A DNA stretch of 57,561 nucleotides from a virus (Duplodnaviria; Caudoviricetes): positions 1-57,561 of IMG/VR virus record IMGVR_UViG_3300005095_000010. The stretch is one strand, 5' to 3'. Below the pieces are notes generated by a model, which ran no database searches, was not told where the DNA came from, and saw nothing but the letters and a program-made list of their open reading frames with translations. The translations under genes were made by a program, and so were the position numbers. Positions 47,306 to 56,186 of this stretch are shown piece by piece. Numbering within the stretch: position 1 is the stretch's first letter; each line of letters opens with the position of its first letter.

Positions 47306-49444
47306 ATGGGTACTAAAAGTAAGTGTCAAACAGTAGGTTATGCGTATTTCATGAGCTTTACCTATGTGTTTGCTGAACATACAACTTCCTTGCACGGTGT
47401 TTACTTAGATGGTAATGCAGTTTATGGTAGGAATGTAGTTGAGAAGGTATCAAGAAAGTTGTGGAATGGTAAAGAAGTTGAGCAAGAAGTTGTTACAAAC
47501 AACCCACCTGTCACAACTAATACCACTCTACATTTTAAAACAGGTAAGCAGAATGACACAGTGCCTTCTCATTCACCTGATGGTACTGTACATTATGTGC
47601 AGGGCGGTGACTACCCAATGCCAAAAATGCAGCAATGGACAGGGCAACCAATAAAGTATAAAAACCTATCTGCATTGGTATTTGATGATTGTTTTATTGG
47701 TGATGGTGTACGAAACCTGCCTCAATACTCCTGTCTATTAGCAAATGGGTACTACCACAAAGTATCTGGTAATACAGATGATACCAGAGCAAATCCAGTA
47801 GATATAATATATGATATCCTCAAAAGAGACTTAAAAATGAGTGATAATGATATAGCTATAGACACTTTTGAAAATGCCGCAGCTACCTTGGATGCAGATG
47901 GTATTTATGTAGGGTTTGCCATGACATCAGAAAAGAAAGTGTCATTTTGGTTTGATGAACTTTTAAAGATTATGGACGGGGCTTTATACTATGACCCAAT
48001 AACTAACAAGCTATCTTTAAAGTTACTTCGTATGGATTATAACCCAGATGAAATAACAGTCTTGGATGATACTATGGTATCAAAAATGACACTAGATGCA
48101 CCGTCGTGGCAGGACACATACAATAAATTTACATTTAAATTCACAGACCCTTTTAAGGACGATGTAGCCTCTGTAGAATACTCTAACACTGCATCACGAC
48201 TATCGCTTGGCTACGACAGACCAAAAACAATACAATTAACCCCAATCAATAGTATGGGTGTATTGTCTGTTGTGGCTAACCGTATGGTTGCTAAGCTTGG
48301 TATTCCAAATATGGCTGTAAAGTTACAGGTGGATTTTATAGATTTTCCAAACCTACATATTGGGGCTGTATTTAAACTAAACTCAGACAAACTTGGTGTT
48401 TATGGGAAAATCTTTAGAGTTATGAAGATAACAGGTGATGCAGAGGATAAAGCTTATGTGAATATTACAGCTGTAGAAGATTTTTACGCCAGAGGATTTA
48501 ACTTTGATATTGTAGAGGATATAGGAGACGATTATGTACCGCCAGTGTACACTATTGATACTACACCACAGTATTTTAAAGCAATAGACTCAAGTAGGGA
48601 ATTTTCTGAAGAAGATGAGATGATTTGGATGGCTGGTAAGCCAGCCGACACTGATTATATTACAGCCATCAATGTTAATTGTGTAAATGGGGGAGACTCC
48701 ACGGGACAGCCGTCATTAGTTGGTAAATTGTTAGAAGTGATACCAGAGGATATTTCAAGTACTGATGAGCCATGTCCATACTATAACCAAACATACACAT
48801 TTGTTATTGAGGACTTGATTGGTGGTATGTATGAAATTATAGGGAGTTCAATTTCCTTACAGACACTTAAACATACCTTGGTAGTTGGTAATGAAATTAT
48901 GGTGTTTAAATCACTGAACAGTATTGGTAATAACCGATACCAAGTGGAAGGTATTATGAGGGGCGTTGGTGGCACTGAAATAGTTCAACATAATGTAGAT
49001 GATATTGTATATATCAATGGTGTGCTTCATAGAAATACAGCAACGGTAAGAGTGCCAAACGGGACACCTACCTTACAAGCTTACGCATATAACCACCAAG
49101 ATGTTGGTCCGAAGGTGACAATATATCCAACGTACAACCATACAATTAAAAAACCATATAAACCTGTGCCATATATCAAAGATGGCAAGATAGTGTGGCG
49201 ACCCCGTGTAGCACGAAAAGGGGCTACTTATAAAAACGCTGACAATATGACGGCTGGGGAAGATGAAGGCATTGTTACTGGGTATTATGTAGTTCAAGAG
49301 CCTAATGGAAATGAAGTTACTATAACTCCTCAAAATGGCGATATACTTATAGAATTTGTGCCAACTCAGACAGGCACGCATAAAGTAAAGCATGTTAACT
49401 CAGAAAACCATTATACTGATGGTTGGGTTAATATCACAGTATAA
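47306..49444 (+). CDS. central tail tip protein (GTA/Phage-tail_3-like)
   Basis: TVGYAYFM, ANPVDIIYDIL, and RGVGGT...H motifs. Confidence 0.8.
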   Translation: MGTKSKCQTVGYAYFMSFTYVFAEHTTSLHGVYLDGNAVYGRNVVEKVSRKLWNGKEVEQEVVTNNPPVTTNTTLHFKTGKQNDTVPSHSPDGTVHYVQGGDYPMPKMQQWTGQPIKYKNLSALVFDDCFIGDGVRNLPQYSCLLANGYYHKVSGNTDDTRANPVDIIYDILKRDLKMSDNDIAIDTFENAAATLDADGIYVGFAMTSEKKVSFWFDELLKIMDGALYYDPITNKLSLKLLRMDYNPDEITVLDDTMVSKMTLDAPSWQDTYNKFTFKFTDPFKDDVASVEYSNTASRLSLGYDRPKTIQLTPINSMGVLSVVANRMVAKLGIPNMAVKLQVDFIDFPNLHIGAVFKLNSDKLGVYGKIFRVMKITGDAEDKAYVNITAVEDFYARGFNFDIVEDIGDDYVPPVYTIDTTPQYFKAIDSSREFSEEDEMIWMAGKPADTDYITAINVNCVNGGDSTGQPSLVGKLLEVIPEDISSTDEPCPYYNQTYTFVIEDLIGGMYEIIGSSISLQTLKHTLVVGNEIMVFKSLNSIGNNRYQVEGIMRGVGGTEIVQHNVDDIVYINGVLHRNTATVRVPNGTPTLQAYAYNHQDVGPKVTIYPTYNHTIKKPYKPVPYIKDGKIVWRPRVARKGATYKNADNMTAGEDEGIVTGYYVVQEPNGNEVTITPQNGDILIEFVPTQTGTHKVKHVNSENHYTDGWVNITV

Positions 49445-49453
49445 GGAGAAATA

Positions 49454-49684
49454 ATGGCACTATTAGGTAATGGGTTAGAGACGTTAGAGTTGGGCAGTAC
49501 AGGCTGGCGTGAGGTTATCAACGCTAACCTGTATAAACTAAAAACAGCCCAAGAGATTGAGAAACCAAATTATGATATTGAATTTGCGAGTAATGCACAA
49601 GGACCTATATTAACAGATAGAAATACTGGTGATAAGTACAGATTATATGTTGTAGACGGTGCCCTAAGTATTGAGCAAGTTTAA
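49454..49684 (+). CDS. small tail-associated protein
   Basis: LTDRNTGDKYRLYVVDGAL. Confidence 0.6.
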   Translation: MALLGNGLETLELGSTGWREVINANLYKLKTAQEIEKPNYDIEFASNAQGPILTDRNTGDKYRLYVVDGALSIEQV

Positions 49685-49698
49685 TAGGAGGTGTTTAA

Positions 49699-50577
49699 AT
49701 GACTTTACAGGATGCCCTATCATGTGGTAGGATAGTAAAAATACTCGTAAAAGAATCTTACAACACCTTTGAAGAAGCCAGCTCAGGTAATGATGTTAGG
49801 TATGGAGTTTCTCTAAGATTTAAAAACCTAAACGGAGCTGCTAAGTCTGATGTTGGTATCCTACTTGAGAATGTTAAAAGAGAGCAAAGTTGGTTTATAG
49901 AAACTGCCGAGCAAGACTCAGGAGATGTAGGGCTTACTGTAAAATGGCGGGGGTTGGTAAACTCCTCTAATACAGTAGAGGTGATAAATTCACTAGAGCT
50001 GCGTACCAAAGAGTCTTTAAAAGGGGATTTGGCGGTATTTAACACAAAGGCTAGAATTGAGCGTGGCAGGGTACTTGATTATATACACTCTCAAGATAAG
50101 ACAGATATTTCAGACCTAACTGCAGAAGAAGCGGAAAGAGTCACATTATATTTAGAGCCAAAAAAATTCAAAGATGTTAAAAATGCTGATGAAGAAATTA
50201 TAGGTATTTTTCACGACAATGTTGACCCACTTGTAAGTAACCAACAAGGTAATGGTATTAGTTCAAATGCAATTTTAGCAGCATTAGTAAAAACTGTGCA
50301 GGAGTTGAAAGTATTAGTATCACAGCTGTACGCAAAACGTGTTAATGATATGGCACTTATACAAGAATCTTGCATACCAATAGTGTTGATGATAGGATTG
50401 GGTAATGAAACATTAGAAGGCACGGAAAGTACTTCTTATGTAATTACAAGAACTAAATCGGTACTTGAGAGTACAGAAAATGAAGAGATAGTACTTGATA
50501 TAGAAACTGTAGGTACGGCAAAAGTGGTGAATGAAGATTCAGAAAATGAAGAAACAACAGACTATACGTTACAATAA
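49699..50577 (+). CDS. protein with intramolecular chaperone (Peptidase_S74-like) region
   Basis: IG...PLV...GIS...ILAALVKTVQEL coiled-coil motif. Confidence 0.45.
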   Translation: MTLQDALSCGRIVKILVKESYNTFEEASSGNDVRYGVSLRFKNLNGAAKSDVGILLENVKREQSWFIETAEQDSGDVGLTVKWRGLVNSSNTVEVINSLELRTKESLKGDLAVFNTKARIERGRVLDYIHSQDKTDISDLTAEEAERVTLYLEPKKFKDVKNADEEIIGIFHDNVDPLVSNQQGNGISSNAILAALVKTVQELKVLVSQLYAKRVNDMALIQESCIPIVLMIGLGNETLEGTESTSYVITRTKSVLESTENEEIVLDIETVGTAKVVNEDSENEETTDYTLQ

Positions 50578-50623
50578 ATTGTAGCGTAGTCGATATATTA
50601 CTAACAAATAAAGGAGAATTTAG

Positions 50624-51124
50624 ATGCAAGCTAAATCAAAACAAAGAGAAAACGTAACGGTAGTCATCAAAGATGCGGCTGGGAAAGTTAAAGGGGTTGT
50701 AAAAGGCTCTAATATTATCACAAATGACGGGGATATTTACTATGCACAAAAAATTGTCGGAGAAACTAACACTTCTTTTGAGCAGCCTTCACTGGTACTC
50801 GGTACAGGTACTTCTATTCCTTCAAAGACTGATACAGGTGTAGAAACACCTATTGCAGATTCTGATAAACTATTGGATTCTGGGTTCCCACAAAGGGATA
50901 ATCAAGACCCCGGAAATACAGACGGTGGCGTTAACACAGTAACTTGGAAGTTTTCTTACCCACTAGGTGCTGTAGTAGCTACAGGAGTATCAGAAGGTGC
51001 TATTGTAGATAATGGTGCATCACCAACAATGGCTCTGAATCACTTCCTATTCTCTAATGCATTTGATATTACTGATACTGACCAACTTACAGTATATGTA
51101 AATCATAAGTTTGTTGGGGTTTAA
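50624..51124 (+). CDS. virion structural protein
   Basis: NIITNDG...LGTGT..P..TDT motif; CGATATA upstream. Confidence 0.6.
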   Translation: MQAKSKQRENVTVVIKDAAGKVKGVVKGSNIITNDGDIYYAQKIVGETNTSFEQPSLVLGTGTSIPSKTDTGVETPIADSDKLLDSGFPQRDNQDPGNTDGGVNTVTWKFSYPLGAVVATGVSEGAIVDNGASPTMALNHFLFSNAFDITDTDQLTVYVNHKFVGV

Positions 51125-51131
51125 CCAACAG

Positions 51132-51147
51132 TGAGCCTTCGGGCTCA
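51132..51147. terminator. hairpin between convergent transcription units
   Basis: TGAGCC-TTCG-GGCTCA. Confidence 0.65.
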
Positions 51148-51178
51148 TAAATACGTTAACAGTTAACAAATACAACTG

Positions 51179-51634
51179 CTACAATATAGTAGCAATCGCA
51201 TAAGCATCAACTAAATCATCAAGCTTAGTTGCATAAATTTTAAATTGAGTTAAGATATCATCAGGGGTGGCACCAGACATCTCATCTTTTTTTGCTCTAC
51301 CATTACCAGTATACTGCTTTTTGATAGTAGGTGGTGGTAAAAGTTTTACACTATAATCAAGTCTTCGTAAACTATAATATATTGCTCCTAAAAGCATTGA
51401 TAGTTTATCCCTCATACCTTTTGATTGAAAAGAAGCCGCCTCTATACCTACTGTGCAATTCGATGGACTGTATTTTACAACAAAATCCATAAGTTTATTT
51501 ACTATCTCTACAGACCTATCATGTATATCTTTATGCTTTGGAGATAACAGAACAAAATCAACAAGGGTTTTATCCTCATCCAATACAACTATAGCAGTAT
51601 TTGTTGTACTACTATCAATACCTATAAAAAACAT
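51179..51634 (-). CDS. RuvC-like Holliday junction resolvase
   Basis: IGIDSS, IE, PPTIKKQYTGNGRAKK, DDLVDAYAI. Confidence 0.85.
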   Translation of the reverse strand: MFFIGIDSSTTNTAIVVLDEDKTLVDFVLLSPKHKDIHDRSVEIVNKLMDFVVKYSPSNCTVGIEAASFQSKGMRDKLSMLLGAIYYSLRRLDYSVKLLPPPTIKKQYTGNGRAKKDEMSGATPDDILTQFKIYATKLDDLVDAYAIATIL

Positions 51635-52257
51635 TATAGGTACCTTCTAAGTTTCTGCATTAACTCATCTATAACTGGTACGAGCTCTTGTGGCTGCTCA
51701 TTCATCCATACAGTTTTAAATGTATCAATTTCTTTAGCCAGCTCATACATTTCAGAAAACTTATTATATATATTTTGTATATTTTCTTTGCCCTCAACTA
51801 GCACAGGTGCTCCATTAAAAGCTGGCACAATATGTAGTATACCGCCCAAAACTACAGTGTCAAGTACTTTTGATAATTCATCTACCACATCTACATAATA
51901 CAAAGTAGGGTTGCTCCATAACTTATAAGTTGTACCATCAAAAACTTGTTGTGATTCTTTCAATAACCACTCAAATTTTGTAAAGTCACTTTTGTCTTTT
52001 ACCATTCTGTATGTTGGAAAACCACCCAAAATTTTATTAGTTATGACTTCTTCACCGTTTTCATCATAAACTACACCGTCCTTATAAGTAGCATTATCTA
52101 AATCTATAAGCTCTGGGAACTCAACAGGCAGTATTACTTCTCTATCACTTAAAACTACCGAGTCAATTATTACCGAGCCATACTCATCTCTTTTATAATA
52201 CTCCGCACGATAATTTAAAATATCCCCCTGAGTGTTTATAGTTGCTATGTATACCAT
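51634..52257 (-). CDS. hypothetical protein
   Basis: AAGGA RBS; CGATATA upstream on the minus strand. Confidence 0.7.
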   Translation of the reverse strand: MVYIATINTQGDILNYRAEYYKRDEYGSVIIDSVVLSDREVILPVEFPELIDLDNATYKDGVVYDENGEEVITNKILGGFPTYRMVKDKSDFTKFEWLLKESQQVFDGTTYKLWSNPTLYYVDVVDELSKVLDTVVLGGILHIVPAFNGAPVLVEGKENIQNIYNKFSEMYELAKEIDTFKTVWMNEQPQELVPVIDELMQKLRRYL

Positions 52258-52289
52258 CAATCAATCCTTTTTATTTTATATATCGTACT

Positions 52290-53414
52290 CTAAGCGGCAA
52301 CAGGAGGTGAGTTACATTTTGCAACACCAAGCCCAATTTTGGATACAACAACATCTTTCAAGACCTTTAAAGGCTTTGTATCCAATTCCACAGTTGTTAT
52401 AGGTTTTTGTGTAACAATATACAAAGCCTTAACAAGCTCTATAATTTTGTAACGATGTTTTTGAAAAGTATTTTTAGAGATTCCGAATACTCTTCCACCT
52501 TCTCTAGCACTCATTGAACGGAGTTTTTTGATACTAATTAGCCCCACAGATACAACCTTGCGGAGTAATTCATTCTTTTTAAGTTCCGCCTGTCTCTTTG
52601 CCAATTTTTGGTTAAACTCTACAGTTTTATAGTTTGCAGTTTTGTTTACCCACCTAGTTCGCATAAAATGTGTTATAGAGTTACAAATTGTTGATAATTC
52701 CTGCTTACTTACAGGAGAACTCATCTGTCCATTAGCCATAGTAAGTGCCGACAATACTAGCCCACGTAGGTTTTTAACATTACCGTACTTGTATGCTACA
52801 TGCCTACCATAATCGAATAAAGCTTTATTACGATTCCCCTCTGAAATCTTTGTAAAATCTGGAGCTTTATAACGAATTGTTTTCTTTTTCATAACATACT
52901 TATCACTCATACTATCAAGTTCTGGTAAAATTACAAAAAATTGTTGTAGTGTTGCTAAATCACTATGATAGTACTCTGTGTCATGTTTTAGTGGGTTACG
53001 GAACATTCTACCAGAGTATTTTGGCATGGCATGTTTATCACTTCCAAGTAATTCAATCAAAACTGAAGCTATTTTTTGATAGAGTGCTGTTTGTCTCATG
53101 TTACTTGTGACAATAGCTGCCTGTAATACCCAATGTATATGGAGACCTTTGGTGGTCTTTACAATAAAATTTGGTTTTGGAAGACCAGCGTTTTTTATAA
53201 TATCAAGCACTTTTGGGATGTCTTGGTGGGAATCTATATCAACTGATATAGCAGGTATATGAAATTTGTTACCAAAACGTACAAATTTATATTTTATAGC
53301 TTCTTTGAAGGGTTTGAAATGAGACTTTGCAGTCTTTTTGTTAGAGCATTGGATAGAAATATCAGCTGTTCTTGTATCAAGTAGATGTGGCATCAATGCT
53401 CTTAACTCTTTCAT
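52290..53414 (-). CDS. ColE2-type replication initiator (AEP Replicase + PriCT-1 + HTH)
   Basis: VDID, PNFIV.TTKGLHIHW, RNP, GNRNKALFDYGR (PriCT), C-terminal HTH SAREGGRVFGISKNT. Confidence 0.75.
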   Translation of the reverse strand: MKELRALMPHLLDTRTADISIQCSNKKTAKSHFKPFKEAIKYKFVRFGNKFHIPAISVDIDSHQDIPKVLDIIKNAGLPKPNFIVKTTKGLHIHWVLQAAIVTSNMRQTALYQKIASVLIELLGSDKHAMPKYSGRMFRNPLKHDTEYYHSDLATLQQFFVILPELDSMSDKYVMKKKTIRYKAPDFTKISEGNRNKALFDYGRHVAYKYGNVKNLRGLVLSALTMANGQMSSPVSKQELSTICNSITHFMRTRWVNKTANYKTVEFNQKLAKRQAELKKNELLRKVVSVGLISIKKLRSMSAREGGRVFGISKNTFQKHRYKIIELVKALYIVTQKPITTVELDTKPLKVLKDVVVSKIGLGVAKCNSPPVAA

Positions 53415-53530
53415 GCAAGTCTCCTTTTAAATTTTGTGTATTATATAACAATAACCCTTAATAATCTCTTAAATATATCGCAATTTGCCTAAGTTAAAGT
53501 CTTAAATTTTGCTTTAAATTTAGCTCTAAA

Positions 53531-53607
53531 AGGGAAACTATACTGATGGTCTTGACCACCCACCCGCAAAGCCCCTGTACAGCGTGAAATAAGAAAAACT
53601 TATGGGC
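53531..53607 (+). repeat. 77-bp dispersed element, copy D
   Basis: Identical to copy A; lies between the divergent rep and exonuclease genes. Confidence 0.95.
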
Positions 53608-53632
53608 AATTTTACCAAAAATTTGCCTAAAT

Positions 53633-53661
53633 TTGACATTTTTAATCAAACTTGTTATAAT
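53633..53661 (+). promoter_or_regulatory. sigma70-type promoter
   Basis: TTGACA-N17-TATAAT, extended -10. Confidence 0.85.
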
Positions 53662-53685
53662 GCACAAAATTAAATAGGAGTTAAG

Positions 53686-54600
53686 ATGAAAACCATTTTA
53701 GTTATTGATACAAAACTTGTGTATTATTTTCAATTTCACAGGCACAAACACCCATTCAACTGCTTCCAAGATATTGCGAATAAAGTTTCAAAGCATATAT
53801 ACGGAGATATTACCAAAGTAGTATGGGTTAGGGATGAGGGTAAGAGTAAGCGTACAGAGTTTTACCCAGAGTATAAAGCACATAGAGAAAGAGATAAAAA
53901 GAAACAATCGAAAGCTGAACAAAAACGAAGAGCAGATTTTGAGAAACTTTACAATAATAGCAAAGATTTTTTAAAATACTTTGGTAGTGTTATATCACTG
54001 CAAGGGTATGAGGCAGATGATTTGGCTTCTATTATTGCAGAGGCTCAAAAAGACAAATCTGACATAGAGGTAATTTTAATATCTTCTGATGAGGATTGGG
54101 CAAGATTTTTATATGCAGATAATATTAAACTTCTACATTATGGTAGAGGTGAATTATATACCAGAAATGATATTGAAAGGGTTTTTGAATTTACATCTGA
54201 CATAAAACTCTTTGTTGATTCAATAACAGGTGTTAAAAAAGAGAATGTCGATGGTATTAAAAATGCTGGTAAAGGTCGGGTAAAATTGGCATTGGAAAAA
54301 TGTAAATATAATTTGCAAGAAACTATGACATTACTTGATGAATGGTGCGATATACATAAGTATGGAATGACATTACCAGATTGGGCTGATTCTGTTAGAG
54401 ATGTGTATGAAAGGAATCGCTCTATACTGACTCCTTACTCATTAGATAGTTTTTCTAGTGATGAGCACAGACAGTTTTTAAGCCAGTGGAACTCTAAAGT
54501 CAAAGCACCATCTCAAGAGATTGTGCTAAACTCCATCGAAAACTTTAACTATGCTGTGCAAGTAAGCCCAGAAATGTCAAGAATTTTTAAAATATTTTAA
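53686..54600 (+). CDS. 5'-3' exonuclease / flap endonuclease (T5 D15-like)
   Basis: R...YPEYKAHR, GYEADD, SSDED, G..ENVDGI..AGK. Confidence 0.9.
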   Translation: MKTILVIDTKLVYYFQFHRHKHPFNCFQDIANKVSKHIYGDITKVVWVRDEGKSKRTEFYPEYKAHRERDKKKQSKAEQKRRADFEKLYNNSKDFLKYFGSVISLQGYEADDLASIIAEAQKDKSDIEVILISSDEDWARFLYADNIKLLHYGRGELYTRNDIERVFEFTSDIKLFVDSITGVKKENVDGIKNAGKGRVKLALEKCKYNLQETMTLLDEWCDIHKYGMTLPDWADSVRDVYERNRSILTPYSLDSFSSDEHRQFLSQWNSKVKAPSQEIVLNSIENFNYAVQVSPEMSRIFKIF

Positions 54601-54606
54601 AAACAC

Positions 54607-54635
54607 TTGACAAACTCTGTTAAACTTGTTATAAT
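54607..54635 (+). promoter_or_regulatory. sigma70-type promoter
   Basis: TTGACA-N17-TATAAT, extended -10. Confidence 0.85.
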
Positions 54636-54708
54636 GCGACAAGTTTTAGAAAATAAACCCTAAAACCAAACCATAAACAAACCAAAACTAAACCAAAGGA
54701 GAATTATT

Positions 54709-55530
54709 ATGGCAACAAAAGAAGAATTGATGGCTCAAGGCTTTGACGAGGCAACTGCGGAGCTCTTGGCAAAAACATCAGGAACACAATCAGGTGGAGG
54801 TATGCCTTTCCCAGTACTTAAATTTAACTATGACCAAAAAGAGGTGCTAGTTGATAAAGGTATTAAAAAAGGTGAGTTCATCGCAGGCTGGAAAATTGAT
54901 AATAAAAAACTAGAAGTTGTTGAAGAGGGAGAGGTACTTCCAAATCCAATGGACTTTTATGTAGTAGCTTCAGTTTACCAGTGTAATCATTATGATACTC
55001 AAACACGTTCAACTGATATTCAGACAGATATCTTCTACTCACCTTACGACACACCTAAGATGGTAGATAAAAAATCTGGGCTTACTATCAAGGCTCTTAA
55101 AGAAGCTGGTAAGAAAGTAGTGTTTAACAACATTCTACTTCTTATGGTAAAAACTGAAGATGGTTATAAACCATATCTACATTACATGCATGGTACTAAT
55201 TACCATAAATGGAGTGAGCAGATTGGTGAGGCTGGTGTAGACCCAGATGCAATTACTCTTAGAACAAACTTTACAGTTAAGCCTAAGAAAGTACCTACAG
55301 ATTTCCAACCAGCTTGGGTAATGGAGCTTGTAAGTTTCTCTGAGAGAACTCCAAAAGAGATTTCTGACTCTGTGAAAGAAGTTGCAGAAGTTATCAAAAA
55401 ATTCAATAAGTGGGTAGAGAGCACCAATGCTGGTGAGTCTATTGCTGAGAAGAATAAAATGGTAGCTGGAAGCACAGCAGCACAAGGTGTCCCAGAAGTG
55501 GATATTGATGAGGATGAAATGCCATTCTAA
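54709..55530 (+). CDS. single-stranded DNA-binding protein (putative)
   Basis: Acidic SSB-type tail DIDEDEMPF; strong promoter; replication context. Confidence 0.65.
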   Translation: MATKEELMAQGFDEATAELLAKTSGTQSGGGMPFPVLKFNYDQKEVLVDKGIKKGEFIAGWKIDNKKLEVVEEGEVLPNPMDFYVVASVYQCNHYDTQTRSTDIQTDIFYSPYDTPKMVDKKSGLTIKALKEAGKKVVFNNILLLMVKTEDGYKPYLHYMHGTNYHKWSEQIGEAGVDPDAITLRTNFTVKPKKVPTDFQPAWVMELVSFSERTPKEISDSVKEVAEVIKKFNKWVESTNAGESIAEKNKMVAGSTAAQGVPEVDIDEDEMPF

Positions 55531-55556
55531 TAAGTTAGTAGGCACCTGAATAGGGT

Positions 55557-55807
55557 GTCTGCGGCTATATGTCATATACGTATGGTATATAGCCGCAGAC
55601 CATTAAAGCTTGGGCACGTAAGATTGGATAAGGAGCTAGGAAAGCCTAGATAGCTCCCCAACTGCGGCATTCTCAATTCCTTCTATTAAAATTTTGTTCG
55701 ATGCCTCCCACTGACGGGTGGGACTTTATAGGGCTATAGTCGAATAGGCTTACCTATAATTAAACGGTTGCCCTCTGGTAATGTGCGGTAACATTACTAT
55801 GGTAACT
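55557..55807 (+). ncRNA. putative structured RNA (four consecutive hairpins) upstream of tRNAs
   Basis: Stems at 55557-55600, 55624-55661, 55697-55744 and 55766-55807. Confidence 0.4.
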
Positions 55808-55809
55808 TT

Positions 55810-55901
55810 GGAGAGATGGTCGAGTGGTTTAAGACACTACCCTGCTAAGGTAGAGGTGCTATAATAGTTGCCCGTAGGTTCGAATCCTACTCTCTCCGCC
55901 A
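55810..55901 (+). tRNA. tRNA-Ser(GCT)
   Basis: GGAGAGA/TCTCTCC acceptor, CTACC-CTGCTAA-GGTAG anticodon arm, long variable arm, CCA. Confidence 0.92.
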
Positions 55902-55906
55902 TTTAT

Positions 55907-55982
55907 TACGGTATAGTTCAGTTGGTAGAACGAGGCACTGTTAATGCCTATGTCGTAGGTTCGAGCCCTACTACCGTAGCCA
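55907..55982 (+). tRNA. tRNA-Asn(GTT)
   Basis: TACGGTA/TACCGTA acceptor, AGGCA-CTGTTAA-TGCCT, GTTCGA, CCA. Confidence 0.92.
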
Positions 55983-55989
55983 CTAAGAT

Positions 55990-56069
55990 GGGCAAATAAC
56001 TCAGTTAGGTTAGAGTGCTCGGCTCATAACCGAGTGGTCGGTTGGGTTCGAATCCCCCTTTGCCCACCA
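55990..56069 (+). tRNA. tRNA with CAT anticodon (Met or Ile2), irregular T-stem
   Basis: GGGCAAA/TTTGCCC acceptor, CTCGG-CTCATAA-CCGAG, CCA. Confidence 0.8.
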
Positions 56070-56098
56070 CCATATATATATATATTACATTAACTCTT

Positions 56099-56186
56099 GG
56101 AGAGTTGGCAGAGTTTGGTTTAATGCACTGGTCTTGAAAACCAGCGTGCGGAAGCACCGTGGGTTCGAATCCCACACTCTCCTCCA
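56099..56186 (+). tRNA. tRNA-Ser(TGA)
   Basis: GGAGAGT/ACTCTCC acceptor, CTGGT-CTTGAAA-ACCAG, variable arm, CCA. Confidence 0.92.

Noticed and set aside
28913-50577. Diversity-generating retroelement or invertible tail-fibre system
   Set aside because: No reverse transcriptase, invertase, or template/variable repeat pair was seen.
53531-53607. 77-bp element as a hammerhead ribozyme (CTGATG...GAAA)
   Set aside because: The core reads CTGATGG rather than CTGANGA, copy B lacks the downstream GAAA, and I could not build the three stems.
56072-56085. (AT)n run between tRNAs
   Set aside because: Short spacer microsatellite in AT-rich DNA with no evidence of function.
56099-56186. tRNA with TGA anticodon as a stop suppressor or sign of genetic recoding
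   Set aside because: Anticodon TGA reads the UCA Ser codon, and genes are intact in code 11 using all three stop codons.
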